Both the position numbers and the translations under genes were made by a program. The notes beneath the pieces are model-generated. The model was given only the letters and a program-made list of their open reading frames with translations, had not been told where the DNA came from and did not search any database. DNA of 64,000 bases from the human T2T-CHM13v2.0 reference genome, Homo sapiens, in the NCBI RefSeq assembly GCF_009914755.1, contig NC_060928.1; one strand, 5' to 3'. Shown piece by piece: positions 20,624 through 33,616 of the stretch; position 1 is the stretch's first letter; every line of letters begins with the position of its first letter.

Positions 20624-20922
20624 TGTATTAGTTTTATGTTGCTATGTAACAAATTGCCATAAATGTAGGGTCTTAACACAGCAAAAAATTAATAACTCAG
20701 AGTTTCCATATGTCAAGACCAAGCATGGGTTAAGTAGATCTCCTGCTCAGGGCATCCCCATGCTGAAATCCAGGTGCTAATTGGAGCAGTTATCTTACTT
20801 GGGCTCAGGGTCTTCTTCCCAATTCATTCCAGTTAATTGCAGAATAGGTGCCTTGCAAGTATAGTACTGATGTGTCCATTTTCTTGCTATCTATAGGCCA
20901 GGCATTGCTCTTAGCTCCTACA
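20624..20922 (-). mobile_element. MLT1D/E-like MaLR LTR fragment
   Basis: tgtattagttttatgttgctatgtaacaaattgcc...gctgaaatccaggtg. Confidence 0.7.
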
Positions 20923-21269
20923 GTATAAACAGTATCAATTCATATAGTCACTACTTTATCTGTGAAAGAAACAAAGAATACAAAGTATGATTTCAATTCA
21001 TAAAAAGCAAAGAGTAAATTTAAATTTTTAAATCCCCATTTTAGAGAGCTTAATCTTTAACAGCATGAAGTTTATGATAGAACTTACTATTCCAATATTA
21101 GATAATGTGGACAATGTGTCCTATTGAATTATGTGTGATAGCTTTTTCTGACTGTTTTCAAGGTATAGGCCCATTGTTGTGTTTTTCATAGTTGACTTGA
21201 AAAGAGAGAAAAAAACACGAGAGTAGAGACCTCATAAGAAGTTCTTCTAACTGAAGTGACTCAAATTCT

Positions 21270-21567
21270 AGCACTTTGGGAGGCTGAAGTTGGTGGATCA
21301 CCTGAAGTTAGGAGTTCAAGATCAGCCTATCCAACATGGTGAAACCCTGTCTCTACTAAAAATACAAAAATTAGCCAAGTGTGGTGGCACACACCCATAA
21401 TCCCAACTACTTGGGAGGCTGAGGCACAAGAATCACGTGAACCCGGAGAATGGAGGTGGCAGTGAGCTGAGATCGTGCCCTGCACTCCAGCGTGGGTGAC
21501 AGAGTGAGACTGTCTCAAAAAAAAAAAAAAAAAAGAAAAGGAAGAAAGAGAAAAAAAGAGAGAAAGA
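21270..21567 (+). mobile_element. AluS, 5'-truncated, A/GA-rich tail
   Basis: Alu body; degenerate TSD aagtgactcaaattct / aagttgacacaaattct. Confidence 0.92.
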
Positions 21568-22389
21568 AAGTTGACACAAATTCTGCTACCCAGGGATAAG
21601 TCTTATCAATGGCAGGACTTCAGAGGGGAAGCTCACATAGAAGCAGGTTAGTTCTAAAGAATCAGGGCTGTAGCTTGCACTAGCCAGGGATTGCAGGAAA
21701 GTTTCCATATCTGCTGATGCCTTTATAACTTTTACTGATGGACACATAAAGTACAAAGTGGTTTAATTATCACTTTTGTGTGAAGTGAGTCTTAGGACAG
21801 TCTGCATAACCCTTAGAAAGGGACAATCTCAAGAATGAATTTATTATGAACAGGTAATAGAATAAAAGTGTAGTTGACATGTAAACTATAGAAATGCAAC
21901 ATATTTTATTTGTATGAGTTGTGAACTTAAATTTATATGTACTATTATTCAGTGTCTTCTGTGACATGCTTGTATAAGATAATCTTTGAAATATACATCC
22001 CTCACATCTCTCATCTCTGCCATTTGTTTTTTCTTACAATAGGAAATTCCTTTATTGTGTTTCTTCAATCACCTAAACTTAACTTTAATATAAATACAGG
22101 AAAGCATTAAGGTAGCTACAAAGAAATCAATTGCTTCCTTTTTGTACAAAAAGCTTAGAATAAAAGCCATAATTATAGCCCATTTAATGATTTGAGGAAG
22201 GCATTTTCATTCCTATGGAAAAGATACCAGCTTTTAAAACCCCAGCTGCTCAATAGGATTTCTTAGTATTTATAGATCTCTGTTAATGCAACTCCACATA
22301 GAGAGTCTATGGAAAACAAATGACTTAATTAATGTTACTCCATAAATTTTCTTATTTTTTTAAATACAGAACTTGCCCTAAGTGTTCTT

Positions 22390-23058
22390 TTATCAGTCTT
22401 TGACATTGTTGATTATGCCCTTCCTTTGCCTTTATAGTGCATTCTCTCATTTTTCTAAATACATATGTGGCCGTTTCTGAATATTTTTAAATAAATGTTG
22501 CTTTCTTAACATTTAAATATTGATATGCTTTAGAGCCTACCCATAAGCCCACTCACTCCCTTTATATATCTTCCATCATCATTATATATGTATTTTTTCT
22601 CTTAATTTATATTTCTAGTCACGGTATGTCCCCTGAGGCCCAGACATTTATAATTAATATTAGAATGTCTAATAAACACCTCAAAATCAATATGCCCTAA
22701 ATTAGTTCCTCTCCTGTGATTTCCTTCTGAATGAGTGATAGTAGAGACTCATAACTGCTTCAAAAGGAAACACTTTTCATTCCCTCTTTCCAGGAAACCA
22801 AACAATTAGCAAATCCTATTCATTCCAGATTTAAAACATTTTTCATGTATGTCTACTTCACTGGATCCTACCCAAATCCAGATCACCAACATCTTTTGTG
22901 GTATCTAATGGACATAGCTGGACTTTCTACCTTGTGTATGATCTCTACAAAATTCATTCATCATCACACTCTCTAAGATACAGATGTGAGCATGTGACTC
23001 ATTTACCTAAAAGACTTCATTTATTCCCCATTTCCCTTCAAAGTAAAATCCCAAAACT
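22390..23058 (+). mobile_element. L2 fragment
   Basis: gaatgtctaataaacacctcaaaatcaatatgccctaaa and catgtgactcatttacctaaaa are L2-like. Confidence 0.65.
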
Positions 23059-23074
23059 TAGATATGGAAAATAA

Positions 23075-26000
23075 ATGGCAGACAGGAGGCAGGTCTAACT
23101 TGCAGCACCCTCTCAGCCAGAAAGACCAGCATGTGGAGGCTCACATTGTGAACTTTTACTCTAAAAACAGGAACATACCAGGAAAACTGAAGGAACCCAC
23201 AGACACTTTGAAGGAGGTGGATTGCTCTGCAGGCTCTGTGGGACAGTGGAGGAACTGTGAATCGGCTTGCTTTCTCAGCTGGGAGGCTTGTGGCCTGGGG
23301 CAAGTTCTGAGCCTGGGGCAGCTCACCAGCTACCTGGAAATAAACTCAGTGCTGTTCAGGGAGCACGGTGGGAGTGAGACTGGCCTTTTAGGCTGTGGGC
23401 CACATAGGAGCTGGGTGAGGCCTGTGGCTGCCAGCTTTCCCCCATTTCCCTGGAGACCAGTGTGACACAGAAGAGGCAAACATAATCCTCTGTGAACATA
23501 AATTCATTTGCCTGGGAAACACACCCCCTACCCCACAGCAGCCACAGCAACCCTGCCCAAGGAGAGCCTGAGCTCAGACAATGCCTAACCCTGCCCCCAC
23601 CTGATGGTCTTTCTCTACCCTACCTGATAGCCTAAGACAAAGGACATAATCTCTTGGGACCTCTGTGGCCCTGGAAAATGCCTGATCCTCCCTCTACCAC
23701 CGCAACTATGTGCTACTGAAGGTGACACCTTCTGGCTGGAAGCCAGCAACATAAAACCAATGCACTTAACAAAAATACAACCAAGGATTCTCACAGAGTC
23801 CACATCACTCCCCTGCTACCTCCACCAGGGCAGGTGCTGGTATCCACAGCTGAGAGACCTGAAGACAGATCACATTACAGGACTCTTTGCAGACACTCTC
23901 CAGTACCAGCCAGGATACTGCTATCTAGATCCAGATGAGAAATAACAATCACTGCAGTTCGATTCTCAGGAAGCCCCATCCCTAAAGCAAGAGGTAGAGC
24001 ACCACATCAAGGGAGCACTATGTGAGACAAAAGAATCTGAGCAGCAACCCTTAATCCCTGGATTTTCTCTCTGACATAGTCTACCAAAATGAGAAGGAAC
24101 CAGAAAAATAATTCTGGTAATATGACAAAACAACGTTCTTTAACACCACCAGAAGATCACCATGGCTCACCAGCAATGGATCCAAACCAAGAAGATGGCT
24201 ATAAATTGATAGAAAAAAAATTCAGAAGGTCAATTATTAAGCTAATCAATGAGGCACCAGAGAAAGGTGAAGTACAACATAAAGAAACAAACAAACAAAA
24301 AAAGATGCAGCATATGAATGGAAAAATCTCCAGTGAAATAGCATAAATAACAAACAATCACAACTTCTGGAATTTAAGGACACACTTAGAGAATTACAAA
24401 ACACACTGGAAAGTCTCACCAATAGAATCAAACAAGTAGAAGAAAGAACTTCAGAGCTCGAAGACAAGGCTTTCAAGTTAACAAAATCTGATAAAGACAA
24501 AGAAAAAAGAATTTAATAAAATGAATAAAGCCTCCAAGAACTTTGGAAATATGTTCAATGACTAAACCTAAGAATAATTGGTGTACCCAGGAAAGAAGAT
24601 AAATCTAAGAGTTTGGAAAATATTTTTGAGGGAATAATAGAGGAAAACTTCCCCAGCCTTGCTAGAAATCTAGACATCTTTACACAGGAAGCTCAAAGAA
24701 CACCTGGGAAATTCATCACAAAAATATTACTGCTGAGTACACAGTCATCAGGTTATCTAAAGTCAAAACAAAGAAAAGAATTTTAAAAGCTGTGAGGCAC
24801 AAGCTTCAGGTAACCTGTAAAGGAAAACATATCACATTAACAGCAGATTTCTCAGCAGAAATCCTACAAGCTAGAAAGGATTGGGGTACTATCTTTAGCT
24901 TCCTTAAACAAAACAATTATCAGCCAAGAATTTTGCATCCAGCAAAACCAAGCTTCATAAATAAAGATACACTCTTTTTTCAGACAAACAAATGCTGAGA
25001 GAATTGCCACTACCAAGAAAGCACTACAAGAGGTGCTAAAAGGAGCTCTAAATCTTGAAACAAATACTTGAAATACATCAAAATAGAACCTCTTTAAAGC
25101 ATAAATCTCACAGGACCTATAAGAAGATAACACAATAAAAAAACAAGATATTCAAGCAACAAATAGCACTATGCATAGAATAGTACCTCACATCTCAATA
25201 TTAACATTACATATAAATGGCCTAAATGCTTCACTTAAAAGATACAGAATGGCAAAATGGGTAAGAATTCACCAACCAAGTATCTGCTGTCTTCAAGAGA
25301 CTCAACTGACACGTAAGGACTCATAGAAACTTAAGGTAAAGGTGTGGAAAAAGATATTCTATGCAAATGGACACCAAAAGTGAACAGGAGTTGCTATTCT
25401 TATTATCAGACAAAAGAAACTTCAAGGCAAACAGCAGTTAGAAAAGACAAAGGGGGACGTTGTGTGATAATGAAAGTACTAGTCCAATGGAAAATATCAC
25501 AATCCTAAATATATATGCACCTAAGACTGGAGCTTCCAAATTTATAAAACAATTACTGTTAGATCTAAGGAATGATATGGACAGCAGCACAATAATAGTA
25601 GGGGTCTTCAATACTCCACTGATCAAATTGGACAGGTCATCAAGAGAGAAAGTCAACAAAGAAACAATGGACTTAAACTATACACTAGAAAAGACTGGAC
25701 TTAACAGATATTTACAGAACATTCTATACATTCTATTTATTAGCACATGGAACATTTTCCAAGATAGACCATATGATAGACCACAAAACAAGTCTCAACA
25801 AATTTAAGGAAACAGAAATTATATCAGGTATTCTCTCAGACCACAATGAAATATATTGGAAATCAACTCCAAAAGAAACCATCAAAACCAGGCAAATACA
25901 TGAAAATTAAATAACCTGCTCCTGAATGATTGTTGGATCAACAACAAAATCAAGATGGGAATTAAAACATTATTTTAACTGAGTGATAAGTAACACAAAC

Positions 26001-29000
26001 TATTAAAACCTCTGGGATACAGCAAAAGCAGTGCTAAAAGAAAAGCTATAGCCTTAAATGCCTACATCAAAAATTCTGAAAGAGCACAAAGGGATCATCT
26101 AAGGTCACACCTAAAGGAACTAGAGAAACAAGAACATTCCAAACCCAAACACAGCAGAAGAAAATAAATTTAATGAAGATTAGAGTAGAACTAAATAAAA
26201 TAGAAACAAACAAAAGCAAAGCAAAGGATAAATAGAACAAAAAGCTGGTTATTTAAAAATATAAATAAAATTGATAGACCATTAGCAAGATTAACCAATA
26301 AAAGAAGAGAGAGGATCCAAATAAGGTCAATTAGAAATAAAATGGGTGATATGATTTATACAACTCATACCTCAGAAATATAAAAGATCATTCAAGGCTA
26401 CTATGAACAACTTTACACACATAAACTAGAAAACCTAGAGGAGATGGATACATTCCTGAAAATATACAACCCCCCTAGATTAAACCAGGAAGAAATAGAA
26501 ACTCTGAACGGACCAATAACAAGCAGCAAGGTTGAAGTAGTAATTAAAAAGTTACCCACAATAGAAGTCCAGGACCTGATGAATTCACAGCTGAATTGTA
26601 TCAGGCATTCAGAGAAGAATTGATACCAATCCAGTTCTCTATAAATCATTCTATGAAGCTAGTATCACCCTAACACCAAAACCAGAATAGGACATAGGAA
26701 GAAAAGAATACTACAGACCAATATCCCTGATGAATATAAATGCAAAAAATCCTCAGAAAAATACTAGCAAACCAAATCCAAGATAATCCATATCAAAAAG
26801 ATATAATGTGTGATATGATAAACCATATCAAAAAGATAATCCACCATAATCAAGTGGGATTCATACCAGAGATGCAGGGATGGTTTAACTTCTGCAAGTC
26901 AATAAATGTGATACCCCACATAAAAAGAGTTAAAAACATAAATCACATTATCATCTCAATTGACACAAAAAAGCATGTGACAAAATCCAACATCCTTTTA
27001 TGATTAAAACCTTAAGAAAAATTGACAAGGGACATACCTTAAGGTAATAAAGGCCATCTATGACAAACCCACAGCCAACATTCTGCTGAATGGGGAAAAG
27101 TTGAAAGAATTCCCACTGAGAACTGGAAGAAGACAAGAGTGCCACTTTCACCACTTCTGTTCAACATAGTACTGGAAGTCCTAGGCAGATCAATCAGACA
27201 AGAGAAAGAAATAAAGGGCATCCAGATCAGTAAACTGGAAGTAAAACTGTCACTGCTCACTGATGATATGACTGTATACCTAGAAAACCCTACAGACTCA
27301 TCCACAACCTTCTAGAACTGGTAAATGCATTCAGCAAAGTTTTAGGATATAAAATTAACATACACAAATCAGTAACTCTGCTATACACCAACAACAACCA
27401 AGCTGAGAATCAAATCAAGAATGCAATCATTTTTACAATAGCTGCAAAAAGAAAAAATAAATTAGGAAGATACCTAACTAGGGAGGTAAAAGACCTCTAC
27501 AAAGAAAACTACAAAACACTGCTGAAAGAAATCATAGATGACACAAATAAAGGGGTACATGGATGGATAGAAGCAATATTGTGAAAAGGACCATACTGCC
27601 AAAAGCAATCTACAAATCCCTTGCAATTCCAATCAAAATACCACCATGATTCTTCACAGAACTAGAAAAAAAAATCCTAAAATTAATATGGAACCAAAAA
27701 AAGAGCTTGCATACCCAAAGCAAGACTAAGCAAGAAGAACAAATATGAAGGCATCCCATTAACAAACTTCAGACTATAATATAAGCCTATGGTCACCCAA
27801 GCAGCATGGTACTAGTATAAAAATAGGCATACAGATCAATGGAAAAGAATAGAGAATCCAGAAATAAAGCCGAAAACTTAAAGCCAACAGATATTCAACA
27901 CAGCAAACAAAAATGTAAAGAGGGGAAAGGACATCTGATTCAACAAATGCTGCTGAGATAATTGGCAAACCACATGTAGAAGAGTGAAACTGGATCGTCA
28001 TCTCTCAACCTATACAAAAATCAACTCAAGATATATCAAAGACTTAAATCTAAGACCTGAAACCATATAGATCCCAGAAGATAGCATTGGAAAACTCTTT
28101 TAGACATTGGCTTAGGCAAAGAATTCATGATCAAGAACCTGAAAGCAAATGCAACAAAAACAAAGGCAAATATATGGGACTTAATTAAACTAAAAATCTT
28201 CTTCACAGCAAAAAAGTAATCACCAGAGTAAGCAAACAACCCACAGAGTGGGAGGAAATCTTTACAATCTATACATCCAACAAAGGACAAATACCCAGAA
28301 TCTGCAAGAAACTCAGACAAATCAGCAGGAAAAAAACAAACAATTCCATCAAAAAGTGGGCTAAGGACATGAATAGGCAATTCTCAAAAGAATATATAAA
28401 AAGGGCCAAAAACATGAAAAAATACTAGACAACACTAATTATCAGGAAATGCAAATCAAAACCACAATGCAATAGCACCTTACTCTGCAAGAATGGCCAT
28501 AGTCATATAATCAAAAAATAATATATGTTGGTGTGGATATGGTGAAAAGGGAACACTTTTAAACTGTTGATGGGAATGTAAACTAGTACAACCACTATGG
28601 TAAACCGTGTGGAGATTCCTTAAAAAACTACAAGTACAATTACAACTTGATCCAGCAATCCCACCACTGGGTATCTACTGAGAAGAGAAGTCATTATCCA
28701 AAAAGATACTTGCACAAGCATGTTTATAACAGCACAATTCACAATTGAAAAAATATGGAACCAGCCCAAATGCCCATCAATCAATGAGTGGATAAATAAA
28801 TTGTGGTAGTTATATATACCATGGAATACTACTCAGTCATAAAAAAGTACAAAATAATGGCGTTTGCAGACACCTCTATGGAATTGTAGACCATTATTCT
28901 AAGTGAAGTAACTCAGAAATGGAAAACCAAACATCGTGTGGTCTCATTCATAAGTGGGAGTTAAGCTATGAGGATGCAAAGGCATAAGAATGATAGAATG

Positions 29001-29178
29001 GACTTTGGGGACTTGGGGGAAAGGGTGGGTGGGGGGTGAGGGATAAAAGAGTACACATTGGGTACAGTGTACACTCCTTGAGTGATGGGTGTACCAAAAT
29101 CTTGGAAATCACCACTAAAGACCTTATTCATGTAATCAAACATGACCTGTTCCCCAAAAATTCATCGAAATAAAAAAA
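23075..29178 (+). mobile_element. Near-full-length L1PB1 (5'UTR, ORF1 from 24089, ORF2 from ~25171, 3'UTR); both ORFs disrupted
   Basis: L1PBa-type 5' end atggcagacaggaggcagg; ORF1 MRRNQKNNSGNMTKQ; EN ITILNIYAP; [15 protein letters not shown]; L1PB1 3'UTR gctatgaggatgcaaaggcataagaatg...aaatcaccactaaag; possible degenerate TSD gatatggaaaataaat / gatatgtgaataaat. Confidence 0.93.
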
Positions 29179-29209
29179 TGATATGTGAATAAATACGTAA
29201 ATATTTAAA

Positions 29210-29396
29210 GGAACTGAAATTTCAGGAATAAAGTTCAAGGAAACTTTTTTATAAAACTTAACTCTCCTGCCTTTTGTTTTGTTGAAGTTGAGTTTAATCT
29301 CTCTCCTATTGCAATTGTCTTGGCTTATATTTCAACAGTGTTGAATAGTCTGCCATACCTGTTTCTACCTCTGTGCAGTGAAATGTTTCCTTTACA
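29210..29396 (+). mobile_element. Possible ERV1 LTR 3' fragment
   Basis: gagtttaatctctctcctattgcaattgtctt...cctttaca resembles LTR U5 ends; family not resolved. Confidence 0.35.
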
Positions 29397-29464
29397 GCAG
29401 AGAAACGTAACAATCTTGTGATGTGGCATAACTGTAACGACTCCATGATCATGACAACTATCAT

Positions 29465-29615
29465 GTAAACAGCATATGCCAGACAGCAATCTTCTAAGCT
29501 CTCTATACATATTAATGGATTTAATCTCTATAATTGCTCAGTAAGGTGAATTCATCTATTATCCCCCTTAATGGATGAGGAAACTGGAATACAGATAGAC
29601 TCAGAACCTCCCTAA
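29465..29615 (-). mobile_element. MIR
   Basis: attatcccc...ggatgaggaaactgg MIR core (reverse). Confidence 0.65.
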
Positions 29616-29627
29616 TATACACGTACA

Positions 29628-31290
29628 TTTTTTTTTACCAAAGACTTTTTTAGGGCAGTTTTAGGTTCACAGCAAAATTAAGAGGAAGGTAAAGAGATTC
29701 CAGTGTAACTTCTGCCCTGTATATGCACAGCCTCCCCATTATCAACAAACCTGATTAGACTGGTACATTTGCTACAACTGAAGAACCTATATTGACACAT
29801 CATAATCACCCAAAGTCCACAATTTTACATTAGAATCCACTCTTAGTGTTGTAAGTTCTATGGATTTGAACACATGCACAGTAACTTATATGTATCATTA
29901 TAGTATCATACATAGTATTTTGTATTAAAGGTACTCTATGTTCTGCCTATTCATCCTTCCCTTCATCCAACTCCCAACCTCAGGCAATCATTGAACTATT
30001 TACTGTCTCCATAGTTTTGCCTTTTCTAGAATGTCATGTAACTGCAATCACAGTATGTAGCTTTACATTAGTCCTTTTTTATGTTGTTGTTGCTATAAAG
30101 GAATACCTGAGACTGGTGAGTTTATAAAGAAAAGAGATTTTTTTTGGCTTACAATTTTTCAGGCTGTACAGGACATATGATGCTGGCATCTGCTTCTGGA
30201 CAGGCCTCAAGGAGCTTACAATAATGGTGGAAGGTGAAGAAGGAGCAGGTGAGTTGCATGGCAGCAAGAGAAGCAGGGGAGGTGCCACACATTTTTAAAC
30301 AACCAGATCTCATGTGAATGCAGAGTGAGAACTCACTCATCAGTAAGGGGATGGCACTAAGCCATGCATGAGGGATCCACCCCCATGATACAATCATCTC
30401 ACACCAGTCCCCACCTCCAACACTGAGGATTACATTTCAACATGGGATTAGAAAGAGACAAACAGCCAGACCATATCAAGACTTTTCAGATTGACTTCTT
30501 TCATTTACTAATGTGTACCTAAGTTTCCTCCATAGCTTTTGTGGCTAGACAGTTCATTTCTTTCTAGCACTGAATAATATTTCATAGTATGGATGCAACA
30601 TAATTTATCTATTCATCTACTAATGGACACCTTGGTTGTTTCCAAGTATTGGAGATTATAAACAAAACTTTTATGAACATCTGTGTGTAGGTTTTTGTGT
30701 GAACATAAGTTTTCAACTCACATAGGTAAATACCAAAGAGCTGAACTGCTAGACAATTAGGTAAGTGTATGTTTAACTTTGTAATAAATTGCCAAACTAT
30801 CTTCCAATGTAACTGCACCATTTTGCATTTTTCCCAGCAACGAGTGGGAGTTCCTGTTGCTCCACATTCCCATCAGCATTTGGTGTTGTCAGTGTTGCAG
30901 ATTTTGGTCATCCAATAGCTGTGTAACAGACGAAGTAGCTCATTGTTATTTTAATTTTCATGTCCTTGATAACATAAGATGAAAAGCATCTATTCATGTG
31001 CTTATTTGACATATGTATATATTCTTATTTATATGAGGTGTCTGTTAAGGTCTTTGGCCCATTTTTAAATTAGGTTTTTGTTTTTTTATTGTTGAGGTTT
31101 AAGAATATTTTGTATGTTTTGGATAACACTTCTTTATCACGTGTCTTTTGAAAGTACTTTTTCGCAATCTGTGGCTTGTCTTCTCATTTCCCATGACATT
31201 CTCTTTTACAGAGCAGAAGTTTTTTATTTTAATGAGTCCAACTTACTGATTTGTTTTTTCACTGATCCTGCCTTTAGTGTTGTATCTAAA
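29628..31290 (-). mobile_element. L1MC1-like 3' region interrupted by MSTB
   Basis: gcagttttaggttcacagcaaaatt...acacatcataatcacccaaagtcc; ORF 30609-30821 (TWKQPRCP) is ORF2 C-terminus. Confidence 0.85.
30064..30478 (-). mobile_element. MSTA/MSTB MaLR solo LTR
   Basis: gctataaaggaatacctgagactgg...aacaaccagatctc...atgagggatccacccccatga...accatatca; degenerate 5-bp TSD agctt/agact. Confidence 0.9.
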
Positions 31291-31301
31291 AACTTATTTC
31301 T

Positions 31302-31618
31302 GGCTGAGTGCAGTGGCTCATGCGTGTAATCCCAGCACTTTAGGAGGCCAAAGCGGGTGGATCACCTGAGGTCGGGAGTTCAAGAGCAGCCTGTCCAAGA
31401 TGGTGAAACCCCATCTTTACTAAAAAATACAAAAGTTAGCCAGGTATATTGGCAGATGCCTGTAATCCCAGATACTCAGGAGGCTCAGGCAGGGGAAATT
31501 GCTTGAACCCGGGAGGCGGAGTTTGCAGTGGGCCAAGATTGCCTCACTGCACTCCAGCCTGGGTGACAGAGCAAAACTCTGTCTCAAAAAACAAAACAAA
31601 ACAAACAACAACAACAAC
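31302..31618 (+). mobile_element. AluS with (AAAAC)/(AAC) tail
   Basis: Full Alu; perfect TSD aaaaacttatttct at 31288-31301 and 31619-31632. Confidence 0.95.
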
Positions 31619-31642
31619 AAAAACTTATTTCTAGTGGTTTCT

Positions 31643-33610
31643 GGGAGGAGGCAAAGCAAGATGGCCAAATAGAACACTCCAGTGATCATTGCACCACAGG
31701 AATACCAAATTGAACAAAGATCCACACAAGAAAGCACCTTCATAAGACTCCAAAAAAAAAAATCAGCTAAGCAATCACAGTATATGATTGTAACATAATA
31801 TCAAGGAAAGAGACATTGAAGAGGGTAGGAAAGAGAGCTTAGAGAGCTTTGCACAATATACATCACCCCTCCCTCAACCCCAGGCAGGGCCATGTGGAGA
31901 GAGAAGCTGTGTACTTGTGGGAGGAAGAGCAAAGTGAGTGTGGGACTTCGCATTGGAACTCAGAGCTGTCACAGCAGAACACAGCACAGGGCAGATTTCT
32001 ACCAGCACCTATGGAAGGAACATTTACACCAGCTGGAGGCCAGAGGTAAATTCTCCACCCAAGCAGAAGAAACTCAAGTCCTTGCTTCATCACCAAATGA
32101 TTACATTGGCCTGGAACCCAGAATGAATTTGATCGGCAGTCAGGCCACAAAGACTGAAGCCCTTGGAAAATTCCTGATGCTGCAATGGTCTCAGAGGCAG
32201 GAGATGTGAGGTGTGACCCAGCTGTGGTGGTCGAAAAGTTTCTGCATTACCCCTCTTCCAAATCCAGGCCATTCAACTCAGGGAGAAACTCCTTCCACTT
32301 GGGGAAAGGAAAGGGAAGAGTACAGAGGACTTTGTCTTATATTTTGGGCTTAGCCACAATATAGTAAAACACCAGAGAGATTCCTGAAGCCCCCAGTTCC
32401 AGGACTTTGCTCTTGGACAATATTTTTAAAACCACTCTGGGCCAGAAGGGAACCTGCCACCCCGATAGGACAAATACAGTCCCAGCAGGATTTACCACCT
32501 ACTAACTGAAGTGGCCCTGAGCCTTGTATAAATGTTAGCAGCAGCCAGACGAGTGGCCACAGGCACTGGGTGAGCCCCAGTTCCATGCTGGCCTGCAAGG
32601 CTTAGGTGCAACATTGTGCTGTGTCAGCCACGGTGGCCACTGTAGGGCCCAGATCACTCTTTCTCTGACTCCAAGCAGCCCAGTGAGGAGAGACTCCTTC
32701 TGATTAAGGGAAAAAGAGAGAAAAGAGTGAGAGACTTTGCCTGGTAACTCAGATAATTTGCCTTTATGGTCCTGAAGTCCACTAAGGCTGTGCCTTTAGT
32801 GGGGGTCTGTGGGAGTCGCTGTTCCTGGGCTAAGGGAGCTCTCTAGTGCTGAAACAGCTGCAAAGGCTTAGGTCACAATACTCAATTCCCTTTGAATTCT
32901 TGGAAACCCTTCTCAAAGAGGACAGGTACAAAGAAGCTAAGACTGTGAAGATTCAATAAATACCCAACTCTTCAATACCAGACATTGACAAATGTCCACA
33001 AGAATTAAGTATATCAGTAAAACATTACCTCACCAATGGACTAAATAAGGCACCAGTGACCAATCCTGAAATGATGGAGATATGTGACCATTCAGATAAA
33101 AAGTTCAAAATAACTGTCTTGAGCAAGTTCAACGAATTTCAACATATTGCAGAGAAGGATTTCAGAATTTCATCAGAGAAATTTAACAGAGATTAAAATA
33201 ATTTTTAAAATCAAGCAGGAATTCTGGGAGCCAAAATATTCAACTGGGAAAATGAAAAATAAAATACATAAAAGTCTTTCAACAGCAGAATTGATCAAGC
33301 AGAAGAAAGAATTAATGAGCTCAAAGACAGGCTATGTGAAAATATTCAGTTAGAGAAGACCAAAAAAAAAAAAAAGTACAAAGGATTAGCATGTCTAAAA
33401 GATCTACAAAATAGCCTCAAAAGGGTAAATCTAAAAGTTACTTGCCTTAAAGAGGCTGTGAGCAGAAAGACAGACATAGATCAGGGTAGAAAATTTATTC
33501 AAATAAATAATAGCAGAGAACTTTCCAAACCTAGAGAAAGACATTAATATCCACGTACAAGAAGGACAAAGGATACCAGGCAGATTCAACCTCAAGACAT
33601 ATAATAAAGT
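31643..33610 (+). mobile_element. L1M1/M2 (L1MA-type) 5'UTR and ORF1 N-half
   Basis: gcaagatggccaaatagaa 5' end; ORF1 motif gcagagaactttccaaacctagagaaagac. Confidence 0.75.
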
Positions 33611-33616
33611 TCAGAA

